Positions 35,724 to 45,127 of a stretch of DNA of 64,000 nucleotides are shown one piece after another. The notes beneath the pieces were generated by a model that saw only the letters and a program-made list of their open reading frames with translations, was not told where the DNA came from and did no database searches. This stretch comes from Vulcanimicrobiota bacterium (GTDB taxonomy: Bacteria > Vulcanimicrobiota > Vulcanimicrobiia > Vulcanimicrobiales > Vulcanimicrobiaceae): positions 256,001-320,000 of the forward strand of contig CAWGBN010000006.1 in the NCBI GenBank assembly GCA_963820825.1. The letters are read 5' to 3'. Position numbers and translations under genes: made by a program. The stretch's first letter is position 1, and the number at the start of each line of letters is the position of its first letter.

Positions 35724-35820
35724 GAGCGTGCGCTTCAGCGCGCGCTCATGCATCACCCTTCACGGTTAGCTGGTGTAAGCGCTCCAGCCCAGAGCGAAAC
35801 GTTGCTTGCAAGGCAGCCAT

Positions 35821-35846
35821 GTTTCGATAACACCGCGGCCGGGGAA
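35821..35846 (+). promoter_or_regulatory. SigB/SigF-like promoter
   Basis: GTTT-N16-GGGGAA, ending 8 nt before ATG 35855. Confidence 0.45.
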
Positions 35847-35854
35847 AAAGCACG

Positions 35855-36043
35855 ATGCCGTTAATTGAAATCGTCGTGGTTCTCATCGTGGTCGGCGTGC
35901 TGCTCTGGCTCGTCAACTCGTATATTCCCATGGCTGCCGCCGTGAAGTCTCTGCTCAATGCCGTCGTGATCATCGCACTGATCGTTTGGATTTTAAAAGT
36001 CGTCGGTCTCTGGCATTACGTCGCTAGCCTCCGCGCCGGCTGA
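35855..36043 (+). CDS. Small membrane protein (Thivi_2564-like)
   Basis: LIVVGVLLWLVNSYIPM...LNAVVIIALIVWIL pattern. Confidence 0.75.
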   Translation: MPLIEIVVVLIVVGVLLWLVNSYIPMAAAVKSLLNAVVIIALIVWILKVVGLWHYVASLRAG

Positions 36044-36163
36044 GGCGCGGGCCCGGGCCGAGACGATCGTTTAGCTCATCTGCTAATCGGATATAAATGC
36101 TCTACCGAAGCAAGATTGGTTCCCGATTCGACAGAAGGGCGTCCTTTGGGAGAGGGACGCCCT

Positions 36164-38929
36164 TTGCGTATCAGACCAATAGGCGTGCCGCCGCGCGGCG
36201 CGTTTGTCGCTCGGGAAGGTGAGGCTGAAGAGCTCGCCGCGTATCGCCGTGCGGCGGCCCAGGGGCACGGGCATATCGTATTGGTCGGCGGAGAAGCCGG
36301 AATCGGCAAGTCGCGCCTGCTCGATCACTTCGAATCGGTCACGGCTAGCGCGCGGGTGATGCTGGCGACCGCGCGTTGCGCGGAGTTTGGACAGACTCCG
36401 CTCTCGCCGCTGCGAGAGCTCTTAGGGCAACTCGAGCGCCGCGGCAATGCGGCGAGCGATGCGGGTACGCGTGCGCTTCTGGAGCGGCTCGCATTCGAGC
36501 GCAACGCGGAGACGACGGTGGGGTGGCTGCCCGAGGCGTCGCTCTTCAGCTCCATCGATGGTGCGTTTGCTCGTTATGCGATGCGAGGTACGTTGATCCT
36601 CACCATCGAGGACGTTCACTGGGCCGATCGTTCGACGCTGGCCTTCTTAACGTACTTTGCCGATCGGATCGAACGGCGACGGACGCTGGTCGTCACCACG
36701 TACCGAGCCGATGAGGTCGGTTCGCAGCATCCCCACCTTTCGGAATTCTCCGCGCTGCTTTCGAAGCGAGCCGTCGCGACGCTCTCTCTGGCACCGCTGA
36801 GCGAATCCGCGATTCGGGCTCTCGTCGAACAAGCGGCCCCGCATCCGCACGCCGTGTCGCGCATGACGATCGCGGAGATCGTGCGGCGCAGCGAGGGCAA
36901 CCCGTTCTTTGCCGAGGAGTTAATCAAGAGCGTACTCGATGCGGGGCGCGGAGCTCCGATCGCAGAGCTGCCGCTCTCCATTCGCGCTGCCGTCCTGGCA
37001 CGCGCCGCGCGATTAACTCAAGCCGAACGTGACGTCATCTCCCTTGCCGCCGTGCTCGGCGAACGATTCTCGGTCGAGCAGCTGAGCGCGCTCGTTGGAG
37101 GCGATCGAGAGGCCGTTTTGCGTGCGCTCGAGCGGGGTCGTTCGCTGCGTTTGCTTTACGACGAGCCGGCGACGCCCGGCGAAGTCGCGTTCCGCCATGC
37201 GCTAACCCAAGAGGTGCTCTACGGCGAGCTGCTGGCCGAGCGCGTTCGTCCGCTGCACGAAGCGATTGCGATCGAGCTGGAAAAAGCACCCAAGCGCAAC
37301 GTTACGCAACTGGCGCATCACTGGCGGCGAGCCGGGGATCTCCAAAAAGCGTCGGCGTACGACGAAATGGCCGGCGACGGCGCGTTCGTCATCGGCGCAT
37401 TCGCCGATGCGATTCTTTATTACGAGCGCGCCCTTGGCGCGCGAGAGGCCGATGCGCGGCTGGAGCACAAGCTCGGCGTTGCGCTGGGGTCGATCAACGA
37501 GCTGCACGCGGGAATCGAGCGGCTGCGGCGCGCCGGCGAACTCTACTGGCAGAGCGGCGATTTTGACGGTTTTGCCGAGAACGCGTCGTCGCTCGTCGCC
37601 CAGCTGTACAACTCCGGCGACGTGGCTGCCGCCAGTGCGGTCTGCAAGAATGCGATCGAGACGCTGAGTCAAAAACTTCCTGCGGAGAAGCTCGATCTAT
37701 TTCGGACCAGGCTCGCGTTTCAATGCATCGCGGCGCTGGATTACAATGCAGCCTCCGCCTTCTTAAACGATATTCGAGAACCGATTGCCGATCCGAAGAT
37801 CGCGATGCATGCATCGTGGAATCGCTTCAGAGTGGCGGCCATGCGTGGAGAGATCGAGCAATGGCGCTCTCTAACGGCACGAGCGCTCGACGCCGCATGG
37901 CAGGTCGCCGACGGCGGCTCCTGGGCGCGTCACATGCATATCCAAATCGGCATCGATGCACTGGGGCTCGGCGACGTGAAAGCGGCGCGCGACCACTTCC
38001 GCTCTGCGATTCTACCGAAGCGAGAGCGTCAATCGCTCCAAGGGACGATGCTTTCGGCGGCATCGGCGTTCGAGCACACGCTTCGCGGCGACTTCGCCGC
38101 TGCGGCGGAGATCCTGCGGGATGGCGAGCGCCTCGCATTGCAGAGCTATCCGGTTCTCGTACACGTCAAGAGCGCAAACTTCGCCCTTGGAATCTGTTCG
38201 GGGGACGACGCGCGCCTGCGACACGACGATACGGAGTCGTTTCTCCGTTACGGGATCGAGCATGGCATGAACGTCGCGATCGGGATTCTCGGCGGGCCGT
38301 ACGCGTGGGCGTTAGGGATTCAAGGTGATCTCGAACCGGCCGCCGTTTGGATCGGGAGAATCGCCCGCGCTTTGCCCGGGCCGCATCGCTTTCTCTTTGC
38401 CTACCTGGCCGCCGCGCAGTTTGGAGAGCCCGAGGACGTCATCGCCATGCGCCGGCAACTCGGCGAGGCGGCCGAGCACCCTCAGGATCGCGTGAACAAA
38501 GCCGCGCTGGGACTCTTCGATGCGTTTGCCGCCGGGCGCGGCGTTATCGAGGCCGACGCGCGCGCCGCCGCACTCGATGCCGCGACGAGATTCGACGCTA
38601 TTGGTTGGCCGTGGCTCGCCGCGCGCGGCTATGAATTGGGTGGTGAATCCAAACGCTCGTCCGAAACGTATCGCTCGCTGGGGGCTTTGCGCGACCTACG
38701 CCGCGTTGAAACCGCTCGCTCATCGGGGAGCGTCTCTTTGCTCTCGTCGCGAGAGCTCGAAGTCGCCGAACTCGTTGCGGCCGGCCACTCGAACGATGAA
38801 ATCGCACAGTTGTTGCACATCAGTTCTCGTACGGCAGAAAAGCACGTCTCCTCGGCGCTGCGGAAGTTGAACGTGCGATCGCGCGTGCAGCTCGGGCGGC
38901 TGCTCGCGCGATCGCAGGGTGGCGAGTAG
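36164..38929 (+). CDS. Large LuxR-family regulator: AAA/STAND ATPase, TPR-like region and C-terminal LuxR HTH
   Basis: GEAGIGKS, EDVHWAD, SEGNPFF, FRHAL and LSSRELEVAELVAAGHSNDEIA motifs. Start uncertain (36116 or 36164). Confidence 0.9.
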   Translation: MRIRPIGVPPRGAFVAREGEAEELAAYRRAAAQGHGHIVLVGGEAGIGKSRLLDHFESVTASARVMLATARCAEFGQTPLSPLRELLGQLERRGNAASDAGTRALLERLAFERNAETTVGWLPEASLFSSIDGAFARYAMRGTLILTIEDVHWADRSTLAFLTYFADRIERRRTLVVTTYRADEVGSQHPHLSEFSALLSKRAVATLSLAPLSESAIRALVEQAAPHPHAVSRMTIAEIVRRSEGNPFFAEELIKSVLDAGRGAPIAELPLSIRAAVLARAARLTQAERDVISLAAVLGERFSVEQLSALVGGDREAVLRALERGRSLRLLYDEPATPGEVAFRHALTQEVLYGELLAERVRPLHEAIAIELEKAPKRNVTQLAHHWRRAGDLQKASAYDEMAGDGAFVIGAFADAILYYERALGAREADARLEHKLGVALGSINELHAGIERLRRAGELYWQSGDFDGFAENASSLVAQLYNSGDVAAASAVCKNAIETLSQKLPAEKLDLFRTRLAFQCIAALDYNAASAFLNDIREPIADPKIAMHASWNRFRVAAMRGEIEQWRSLTARALDAAWQVADGGSWARHMHIQIGIDALGLGDVKAARDHFRSAILPKRERQSLQGTMLSAASAFEHTLRGDFAAAAEILRDGERLALQSYPVLVHVKSANFALGICSGDDARLRHDDTESFLRYGIEHGMNVAIGILGGPYAWALGIQGDLEPAAVWIGRIARALPGPHRFLFAYLAAAQFGEPEDVIAMRRQLGEAAEHPQDRVNKAALGLFDAFAAGRGVIEADARAAALDAATRFDAIGWPWLAARGYELGGESKRSSETYRSLGALRDLRRVETARSSGSVSLLSSRELEVAELVAAGHSNDEIAQLLHISSRTAEKHVSSALRKLNVRSRVQLGRLLARSQGGE

Positions 38930-38934
38930 TACTG

Positions 38935-40209
38935 CTATTGGGGTACCGCGAATACGGTTCCGTCACCGGTCTGCCCGCTATTGCTCGTGGTCGTTCCGTA
39001 TAACGTGCCGTTGAGGTCCACGAGGGGCGCGTAGGGCGTCTCCGGATAACCGGTCGGATTCGAAGGAGGATCTTGCAAGGTGAAGACCACCTTTTCGCGT
39101 CCCGCCGGCGAGACCGAGTAGACGACTCCCCATCCGAACGTGCTGAACGGCGTGGTGCCGTAGAGCGTCCCGCCGGCGGCGATCAGTGCCGAGATCGGAT
39201 GTTGTCCGTCTTGTTTCGACGCAACGTTGGTGAACCGGTAGAGCACCTTCTCCTTGCCGTCCGGCATCACTTTGAAGATGGTGCCGCAGCCGCAGTTTTG
39301 CAAGCCGCCGTACGAGGTGGTGCCGTACAGCGCGCTGCCCATGACGGCGAGCGAACCCTCCGGACCCGCACCGTCGGGCTGACCGCTGAACGAGTAAACG
39401 ATGCTCTCCGCGCCCGAAAGCGTCACTCTGTAGACCGCGCCGTCGCCGTTCGCACCGCCCTGGCGCGTCGTGCCGTAGAGCGCATTCTTGTACAAGACGA
39501 GTCCGGAGCTGTACGTCGGGCTGCTCGGAGAGCCGGTAAAACTGTAGAGAACGCTCTCCTTCGGTTTCTTGCCGGCAAGGCTGAACTTAAAGATGCAGCC
39601 TTCGCCATCGGCGCCGCCGGCGTAACCCGTACCGTACAGCGCGTTCTTGCTCGCAACGTAAATCATATCGGAATCCGGCTCGAAGCAGTCGTTCGGGTTG
39701 GTTCCGAACGAATACAGGACCTTGTACGAGCCCGACGGCGTAATCGAGAAGATCGTGCCGTGATCTCCGGCCTGGGCTCCCTCCTGATAGGTGGTGCCGT
39801 AGAGCGTTCCGTTGACGTTGGTCAGTGCAGCGTTGGGATAGACGCCGTCGGGCGTGCCGGTAAAGCTGTGCATGACGCTCTCCACGCCGGTGGTGGTTAC
39901 CGAGTAGATCGCGCCGAGGTTATCGCTGCCTCCGGTGTACGTGGTTCCATAGAGCGTGGTGCCGACGTTGACCAGGCCGACTTGCGGACCGCCGGCGTCG
40001 GGCTGACCCTGGAAAAGGTAGATGCCGGGCCCGCTCGGGCCGGACCGTTTATGGGATCGCCCTTGCGGCGAACCGGCACGCTCCGTAGTGGGCAGCATCG
40101 AAACGCCGCCCGGCCCGATCGCCCCGGGCGTGCCGCCGAGACCGCTCTGGGCGCAGCCGGCGATGCCGAGCGCGCAGCTGAGGGCCACTAACTTGAGAGT
40201 CGAAGTCAT
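38935..40209 (-). CDS. Lipoprotein with tandem LYGTT repeats (GloVer-type repeat beta-propeller)
   Basis: Lipobox IAGC and about seven repeats of LYGT(T)...G.(V/I)(F/Y). Confidence 0.85.
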   Translation of the reverse strand: MTSTLKLVALSCALGIAGCAQSGLGGTPGAIGPGGVSMLPTTERAGSPQGRSHKRSGPSGPGIYLFQGQPDAGGPQVGLVNVGTTLYGTTYTGGSDNLGAIYSVTTTGVESVMHSFTGTPDGVYPNAALTNVNGTLYGTTYQEGAQAGDHGTIFSITPSGSYKVLYSFGTNPNDCFEPDSDMIYVASKNALYGTGYAGGADGEGCIFKFSLAGKKPKESVLYSFTGSPSSPTYSSGLVLYKNALYGTTRQGGANGDGAVYRVTLSGAESIVYSFSGQPDGAGPEGSLAVMGSALYGTTSYGGLQNCGCGTIFKVMPDGKEKVLYRFTNVASKQDGQHPISALIAAGGTLYGTTPFSTFGWGVVYSVSPAGREKVVFTLQDPPSNPTGYPETPYAPLVDLNGTLYGTTTSNSGQTGDGTVFAVPQ

Positions 40210-40315
40210 GATGAAGGCTCCTTTGAGAGAGTGCGTCTCTACAAGGGTGCCTCCGTTTCACCTGAGGGTCGATGCGTAGAACTACTACTCTTTAGAGGTT
40301 CGCCGGGTCTGAGGT

Positions 40316-43066
40316 CTACAAGCGGTAACGCAGCCGAATCAGCGCCGTTTGAGCGAGCGGAAAGGCCTCGGGAACGTAACCGTTCGTTCCATAGTTCCAT
40401 GGAACCGCGGGCGTCCGGCCGTCGTTGGTCGGGATGCCGTTGCCCAGCGTGTAAAGACACTTCTTGCAATACTGCGACCCGTAGGCCCTTTGGTAGTAGG
40501 GATCGCCGCCGGTATATCCGGGAGGGCCGATGAGGTATGGGTTTCCCTGCAGTTGCGTCGGCGTAGCGACCGCGAGGAGATTCACGACGTCGAGCATCGC
40601 CGTCAAGTTCGGCGTAAGGTCGTACTCGACGTGGAGCGAGGTCATCCATTGCGGCGTCGTCCGCAGCGTGTTTGGATCGGCGCCCTCCGGCGTTCCCAGC
40701 GTTGCGACGTACGGGTTGGTCTGGGCGTTGAACGGCCGGTTGGGGTTCTTCAGAAAGTAATAGTTGTAACCCGGATCGACGTAGTTGTCGTTTGGAACTT
40801 GCGTCGGCACGCCCTTGATCGTCTGCCAAATCGTCGTGCCGTTTCCGTACGGGTAGCCGCTCTCGTAGGAGAGCGCCGGAGTAAGCCGCAGGCGACGGCG
40901 ATCGAACCCGATTTCGTACGACGCCGTGCTCGTAAGCGCCGGTATATAGTTTACCGGGAAGAGATGCCCGGCCAGAACCGCCGGCGCGTTCAAGTCGTTG
41001 AACGCGAACTGATAGATGCTCGACGAGAACGTCCGATTGTAGTTGGCGGCGAGCGTGAAGTGTCCCCTGCTTGCCCAGAGTTCGAGTCCGTGTGAACGCA
41101 GCTGGCCCGCGTTGGTCGGCACCCCGATGGCGTTGGGATTCTCGCCGGCGTTGGCCGCACTGCGAAAGTTCGTCGGCAGCACGTCGATGACGTTCTTTTC
41201 AAACTGCGCGAAGTACGAGAGCCGAATCTGCGTGGCGCCGCCGTGCTCGTAGGAGATCTCAAAAAGGTCGGCGGTTTCCGGGGCGAGCGAAAGGCTCGGC
41301 ACCGCACCGCCGGCGTTCGAACCCGAATCGTCGCTGCAATCCTGCGCGGGGGTACAGGTGCGCTGTACTTCCAGGGGCAGCGGCGGCGTTGAGGTGTGGT
41401 CGAAGTTGAAGCGGAATCCGTTGAGCCCGGCAAAGGTATAGGCCAGCGCGAGATGCGGGTCGACCGCGCCGTTGCCGTAGATCACGTTCGTGCTCGTGTG
41501 CGAGTGCTGACCGATGTAGCGCAGCGAGCCCATGATCGAGAAGTGCGGCGTTATGCTCCACGTATCGCTGACGTAAGCCAGGTATTGATTTAGGCGCGGC
41601 GCGGCGGTGATGATCTGCGGTACGGTCGGGACGATCTGATAGATGCTGCTCGTGTTCACGTCGTACTGCGCGCCTGCGCGAACGTCGTGCCTCTCTCCGG
41701 CCTGGTCTTCGAAATCGTAGCCGAAGCCGTCTTCGCGTTGGTATTGCGTCGAGTAGAGCGAGATGACGCCGTCCGGGAAGGAGAGATCGTCCCATTCGGG
41801 CCCGTTTGCGACGGCGCCGGTCTGTGATTGAAAGACTTGAAAGCGCCCCAGCGAGTGCCGCCAGTCGTGAACCCATTGCAGCTTCTCCACGCTGTACGTT
41901 CCGCGTGCGAGCGAGGGCGTATCCACCTGCTGATTCGGATTTGCCGGCTGGCCGGGGAATGCGACCCCCGGCGCACTGAACGTCGACCACTGCAACCCTT
42001 CGTAGGGAGAATCGTACTGCTGATAGGCTGCGGCGCCGGTGAGGAATGACGCCGAAAGATCGTCCCTCGCCGTAGCGGCAAAGTGCAGGTTCCCGGCGAT
42101 CGCGTACTGGGAGCGGGTCTGAAATCCCAAGCCGTACGTGCCCTGCTCGGCCGGGTAGAACGTATGCCCGTCGCCGTATGCAAAATACTCCTGGCCGACG
42201 GTCGACGACAGAGCGTAGCGCCACTTTAGGTCGGGCGTCGCAGCCTGTTCGCTGAACTTCATCTCACCGAGCTGCGCGCCGATTCCGTCTCCGATTTCGA
42301 AAGTGGTCTTCCCGGGATAGCTCCCAACGAGCGGGACCTCGTTGACGACACCGCCGAGCGCATTTTGACTCTCGTCGCTGTACCCGCCCAACGTCACGGT
42401 TGCGGCGCCGACGCCGGTGGTTCCGAGCTGCGCCCCGACGATGTTCCCGCCCGGCTCGGCGATCAATCCTTGTGGAATTGGAACGGAATCGTAGTCGTAC
42501 ACGGTATCCTGCACCTTGCCGCCGCGGACGATGACATTCGCAAACGTATCTTGCTGTATTCCGGGTACGTTCGATATCGCGCCTTGAACCGTGTCGCGCG
42601 AGTAATTGGCGAGTCCGGAGGACGAGGCTTGCGGAGTTCCCGCTTGCGCCTGTTCGCCTGCGACCGAGAAGACGTCGCTCGTGCTCCCGACCGCAAATGC
42701 GTGGCTCTGGGCTTGCACCTTAGCGATCTCTTTCATCGATGGACGCAGCACGAGCGCGACCTCTTCGTGTTCTCCGGGTATTACGACGATGGTAATGCTG
42801 GCCGGCTCGTAGCCCCCAAGCTCGGCTTTGATCGCGTACGTATCGGGCGTGACCCCAAGAACCGTGAACCGTCCTGCGGGGTCGGTCGTCGATCGATAGC
42901 GGCCCGACGGGGCCAGCAGCGTTACCGTGACGCCGGTCAAGGGCCTTCCGGACGTCGTCGTTACGGTGCCGAGGACCGTCCCCGACGATAACTCAGCCGC
43001 TTGCGTAAAAATCGGAACGAGTGCGATTGCGACAGACCCGCAAACCGCGCGCGCGAAAACTCGCAT
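40316..43066 (-). CDS. TonB-dependent receptor with N-terminal carboxypeptidase-regulatory-like domain
   Basis: Signal peptide, GTVLGTVT...GRF..LGV.PDTY domain, plug (NVPGI..., VRGG), beta-barrel and C-terminal LRYRL. Start set at ATG 43066 after AGAGGAG. Confidence 0.85.
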   Translation of the reverse strand: MRVFARAVCGSVAIALVPIFTQAAELSSGTVLGTVTTTSGRPLTGVTVTLLAPSGRYRSTTDPAGRFTVLGVTPDTYAIKAELGGYEPASITIVVIPGEHEEVALVLRPSMKEIAKVQAQSHAFAVGSTSDVFSVAGEQAQAGTPQASSSGLANYSRDTVQGAISNVPGIQQDTFANVIVRGGKVQDTVYDYDSVPIPQGLIAEPGGNIVGAQLGTTGVGAATVTLGGYSDESQNALGGVVNEVPLVGSYPGKTTFEIGDGIGAQLGEMKFSEQAATPDLKWRYALSSTVGQEYFAYGDGHTFYPAEQGTYGLGFQTRSQYAIAGNLHFAATARDDLSASFLTGAAAYQQYDSPYEGLQWSTFSAPGVAFPGQPANPNQQVDTPSLARGTYSVEKLQWVHDWRHSLGRFQVFQSQTGAVANGPEWDDLSFPDGVISLYSTQYQREDGFGYDFEDQAGERHDVRAGAQYDVNTSSIYQIVPTVPQIITAAPRLNQYLAYVSDTWSITPHFSIMGSLRYIGQHSHTSTNVIYGNGAVDPHLALAYTFAGLNGFRFNFDHTSTPPLPLEVQRTCTPAQDCSDDSGSNAGGAVPSLSLAPETADLFEISYEHGGATQIRLSYFAQFEKNVIDVLPTNFRSAANAGENPNAIGVPTNAGQLRSHGLELWASRGHFTLAANYNRTFSSSIYQFAFNDLNAPAVLAGHLFPVNYIPALTSTASYEIGFDRRRLRLTPALSYESGYPYGNGTTIWQTIKGVPTQVPNDNYVDPGYNYYFLKNPNRPFNAQTNPYVATLGTPEGADPNTLRTTPQWMTSLHVEYDLTPNLTAMLDVVNLLAVATPTQLQGNPYLIGPPGYTGGDPYYQRAYGSQYCKKCLYTLGNGIPTNDGRTPAVPWNYGTNGYVPEAFPLAQTALIRLRYRL

Positions 43067-43075
43067 CGTGTCTGT

Positions 43076-43163
43076 GGTCTCCTCTCGCCGGGAGACCGCA
43101 CGCTGCGAGCTCCCGGATTTAGGTTGCGAAGTAGGTGAAGAGAACGAAAGGAGGCGGGGCGCG
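43076..43163 (-). promoter_or_regulatory. Putative translational attenuator (alternative SD-sequestering pairings)
   Basis: CUCCUUUCG (43153-43145) pairs with CGAGAGGAG (43087-43079). The CCGGGAG/CUCCCGG hairpin is mutually exclusive with GGUCUCC/GGAGACC. Confidence 0.55.
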
Positions 43164-43775
43164 CAGGCCGGCACAACGGCCGGCGATTCCAAGTGAAACG
43201 CGAGTAACGCGTCGGTCGAGGGCATCGGACGCGGTGGCTCGAGATGCCGACGCGATTTGCAAGAGCCGCCGCAGAAACTCGACGATAAACGCAACGACGA
43301 CGGTGCTTGCGTTCCTGGCGACGCGAATAGCCGCGCGCAGCGCGCAGTACACGATCGTGCCGGTAAGAACGATTGCGACGAGCAAGACCAGCGTATGCGA
43401 GAGGACGACCGAGCGTGGATCGAACGGCGATATGCCGCCAAACCTGGTCTCGTAGCCTTCCATAACGACGATACAAGCCATACTTCCGCAGAACGCGCAA
43501 GCGAGATCGATCCCTCGCGAGAGAACGTTGCCCATCTCAAGCAGAAGCGGGTCGCGCGCAGCTACCCGCGCGGAGGCGAGGAATAGCGTCAACGCGAGGA
43601 TGATGATTGCGCCGAGAAAGAACGCGGGAAGGAGCGCTTCATGCTGGTTGTCGTGAAGGCACTTCCCGAGAAGGCCGGCGTTCTGCGCAGACTCCGTCGC
43701 CGCATCACCGAGTGCTGCGGCCAAAATGGCGACGGCCGCCACGGCGGTGCAGCGGACGATGGCTAAGCGCACCAT
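43119..43775 (-). CDS. Membrane leader protein with C-terminal RAPP motif (putative arrest peptide)
   Basis: Four hydrophobic segments, CLHDNQH and CAFC motifs, ends GLRAPPPFVLFTYFAT, 52 nt upstream of the TonB receptor. Confidence 0.7.
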   Translation of the reverse strand: MVRLAIVRCTAVAAVAILAAALGDAATESAQNAGLLGKCLHDNQHEALLPAFFLGAIIILALTLFLASARVAARDPLLLEMGNVLSRGIDLACAFCGSMACIVVMEGYETRFGGISPFDPRSVVLSHTLVLLVAIVLTGTIVYCALRAAIRVARNASTVVVAFIVEFLRRLLQIASASRATASDALDRRVTRVSLGIAGRCAGLRAPPPFVLFTYFAT

Positions 43776-43987
43776 CTGCTAAATGCTCGCAGAGGCATTA
43801 CCCGGCATAAAGGGGCGTTCGCTTCGCCAACGGGCCCTCCCCTCCGCATGGGCGAGATGGCGCATGCCGGCCCGGAAGGAGCCCCCAGCCCTCCAAAGAA
43901 CCCCCCGCTCCTCCCGCTCGTTTTTACGAGCGGACGCTCAGTTTTACCCAAAGCCTCTTAGCTGACAGAATCGGAGAAGCCAATCTG

Positions 43988-45052
43988 ATGCGAAAACAGT
44001 CAATTCTGACGAGCGCGGTGACGGCGGCCGTCGCGGTCGCGCTGCTATCCGCGTGCTCCAGCGGCGTCTCGCAGGGCACCAACGCCGGCCTCCCCTCAAG
44101 CGGCGCAAGCCAGAGCCGGGGAAACTTTGATCCCGCTCGCTCGGGCGTCGCACCGAAGTTCCTGGGAATGATCGGTCACGCGCACGCGGCCAAGCGTGGC
44201 GTCAGCCCGGCCTTTACCAACCACGTCGTCTACATCGACGACTTCGGGACGGGCAACGCCCAGGTGATCAAGTACAACCACTGGACGACCAACGAAGGAA
44301 CGATCAGTGCCGGCATGAACGGCCCCGACGGAAACTGGGTCGACAAGCCGGTCGCGGGCGTTCGTCACCTCTACGTTGCCAACTACGCCAATCCGAACAT
44401 CACCGAGTACGATACGGCCGGGAATCTGGTCTTCACGTACACCGCCGGCATCACCGACTCGGTCGGCGTGACGACGGATAAAAACGGCAACGTCTACGAG
44501 GCCGACTACGCCCTCGGCGCGTCGGGCGTTGGGTTCGTCAACGAGTACGCGCAGCAAAGCAACACCGTCGTGGCGACCTGTTCGCCCGGCGGCAACGTCG
44601 AGGGCGTGGCGGTCGACAAGCACCTCAACGTCTTCGTCGCCTACAACGTCACGTTCGGCACTGCCAACATCGTCGAGTATCACCATCCGTTCTCGGGCTG
44701 CAACGGCACCGTGCTGCCGGTCACGCTGGGCTTCGCCGGCGGCATGGTTCTCGATAAGCGGGGCAATCTCGTCGTCTGCGACCAGATTGCACCGGCGGTC
44801 GACATCATCGCGGCGCCGGCGTACAACGCCATCACCGGAACGCTTGGATCCGGCTGGCTCGATCCGTTCCACGTAACCATCGACATGGCGGGGACGCAGG
44901 CCTACGTGGCCGACGTCGGCGCGGGCACCGTTTCGGTTCTCACCTATCCGGGCGGCTCACCCGTGGCGACGATCAACTCGACGGGAGGTCTCATCCAGGC
45001 GGCGAGTGCGGTCGACGAGCACAATTTGGTTGTAGATAGCCAAGGCCCCTAA
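43988..45052 (+). CDS. Lipoprotein, NHL-like beta-propeller
   Basis: Lipobox LSAC and repeated GV..DK.GNV(Y/F).A motifs. Confidence 0.8.
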   Translation: MRKQSILTSAVTAAVAVALLSACSSGVSQGTNAGLPSSGASQSRGNFDPARSGVAPKFLGMIGHAHAAKRGVSPAFTNHVVYIDDFGTGNAQVIKYNHWTTNEGTISAGMNGPDGNWVDKPVAGVRHLYVANYANPNITEYDTAGNLVFTYTAGITDSVGVTTDKNGNVYEADYALGASGVGFVNEYAQQSNTVVATCSPGGNVEGVAVDKHLNVFVAYNVTFGTANIVEYHHPFSGCNGTVLPVTLGFAGGMVLDKRGNLVVCDQIAPAVDIIAAPAYNAITGTLGSGWLDPFHVTIDMAGTQAYVADVGAGTVSVLTYPGGSPVATINSTGGLIQAASAVDEHNLVVDSQGP

Positions 45053-45070
45053 ACCGCGGATCGTACCTGC

Positions 45071-45105
45071 AAAAAACGAGAGGCGGCGCGCTAGCGCCGC
45101 CTCTC
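45071..45105. terminator. Intrinsic terminator between convergent genes
   Basis: GAGAGGCGGCGC-GCTA-GCGCCGCCTCTC, preceded by A6 (U-tract on the minus strand). Confidence 0.8.
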
Positions 45106-45127
45106 TTCATTGAGTACGCCGAGGCGT

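Noticed and set aside
38935..40209. Repetitive DNA that might be a CRISPR array or tandem repeat
   Set aside because: The repeats are degenerate codons of the protein's LYGTT units. I saw no constant repeat-spacer pattern and no cas genes in the window.
43067..43540. 158-aa N-terminal extension of the TonB receptor in the ORF track
   Set aside because: It overlaps the RAPP leader in another frame. The signal peptide and SD indicate a start at 43066.
43776..43987. Metabolite riboswitch (e.g. cobalamin) upstream of the leader-TonB receptor unit
   Set aside because: Hairpins are present (e.g. CCGCTCGT-TTTT-ACGAGCGG), but I could not recognise a B12 box or any other riboswitch consensus. An Infernal/Rfam scan would settle it.
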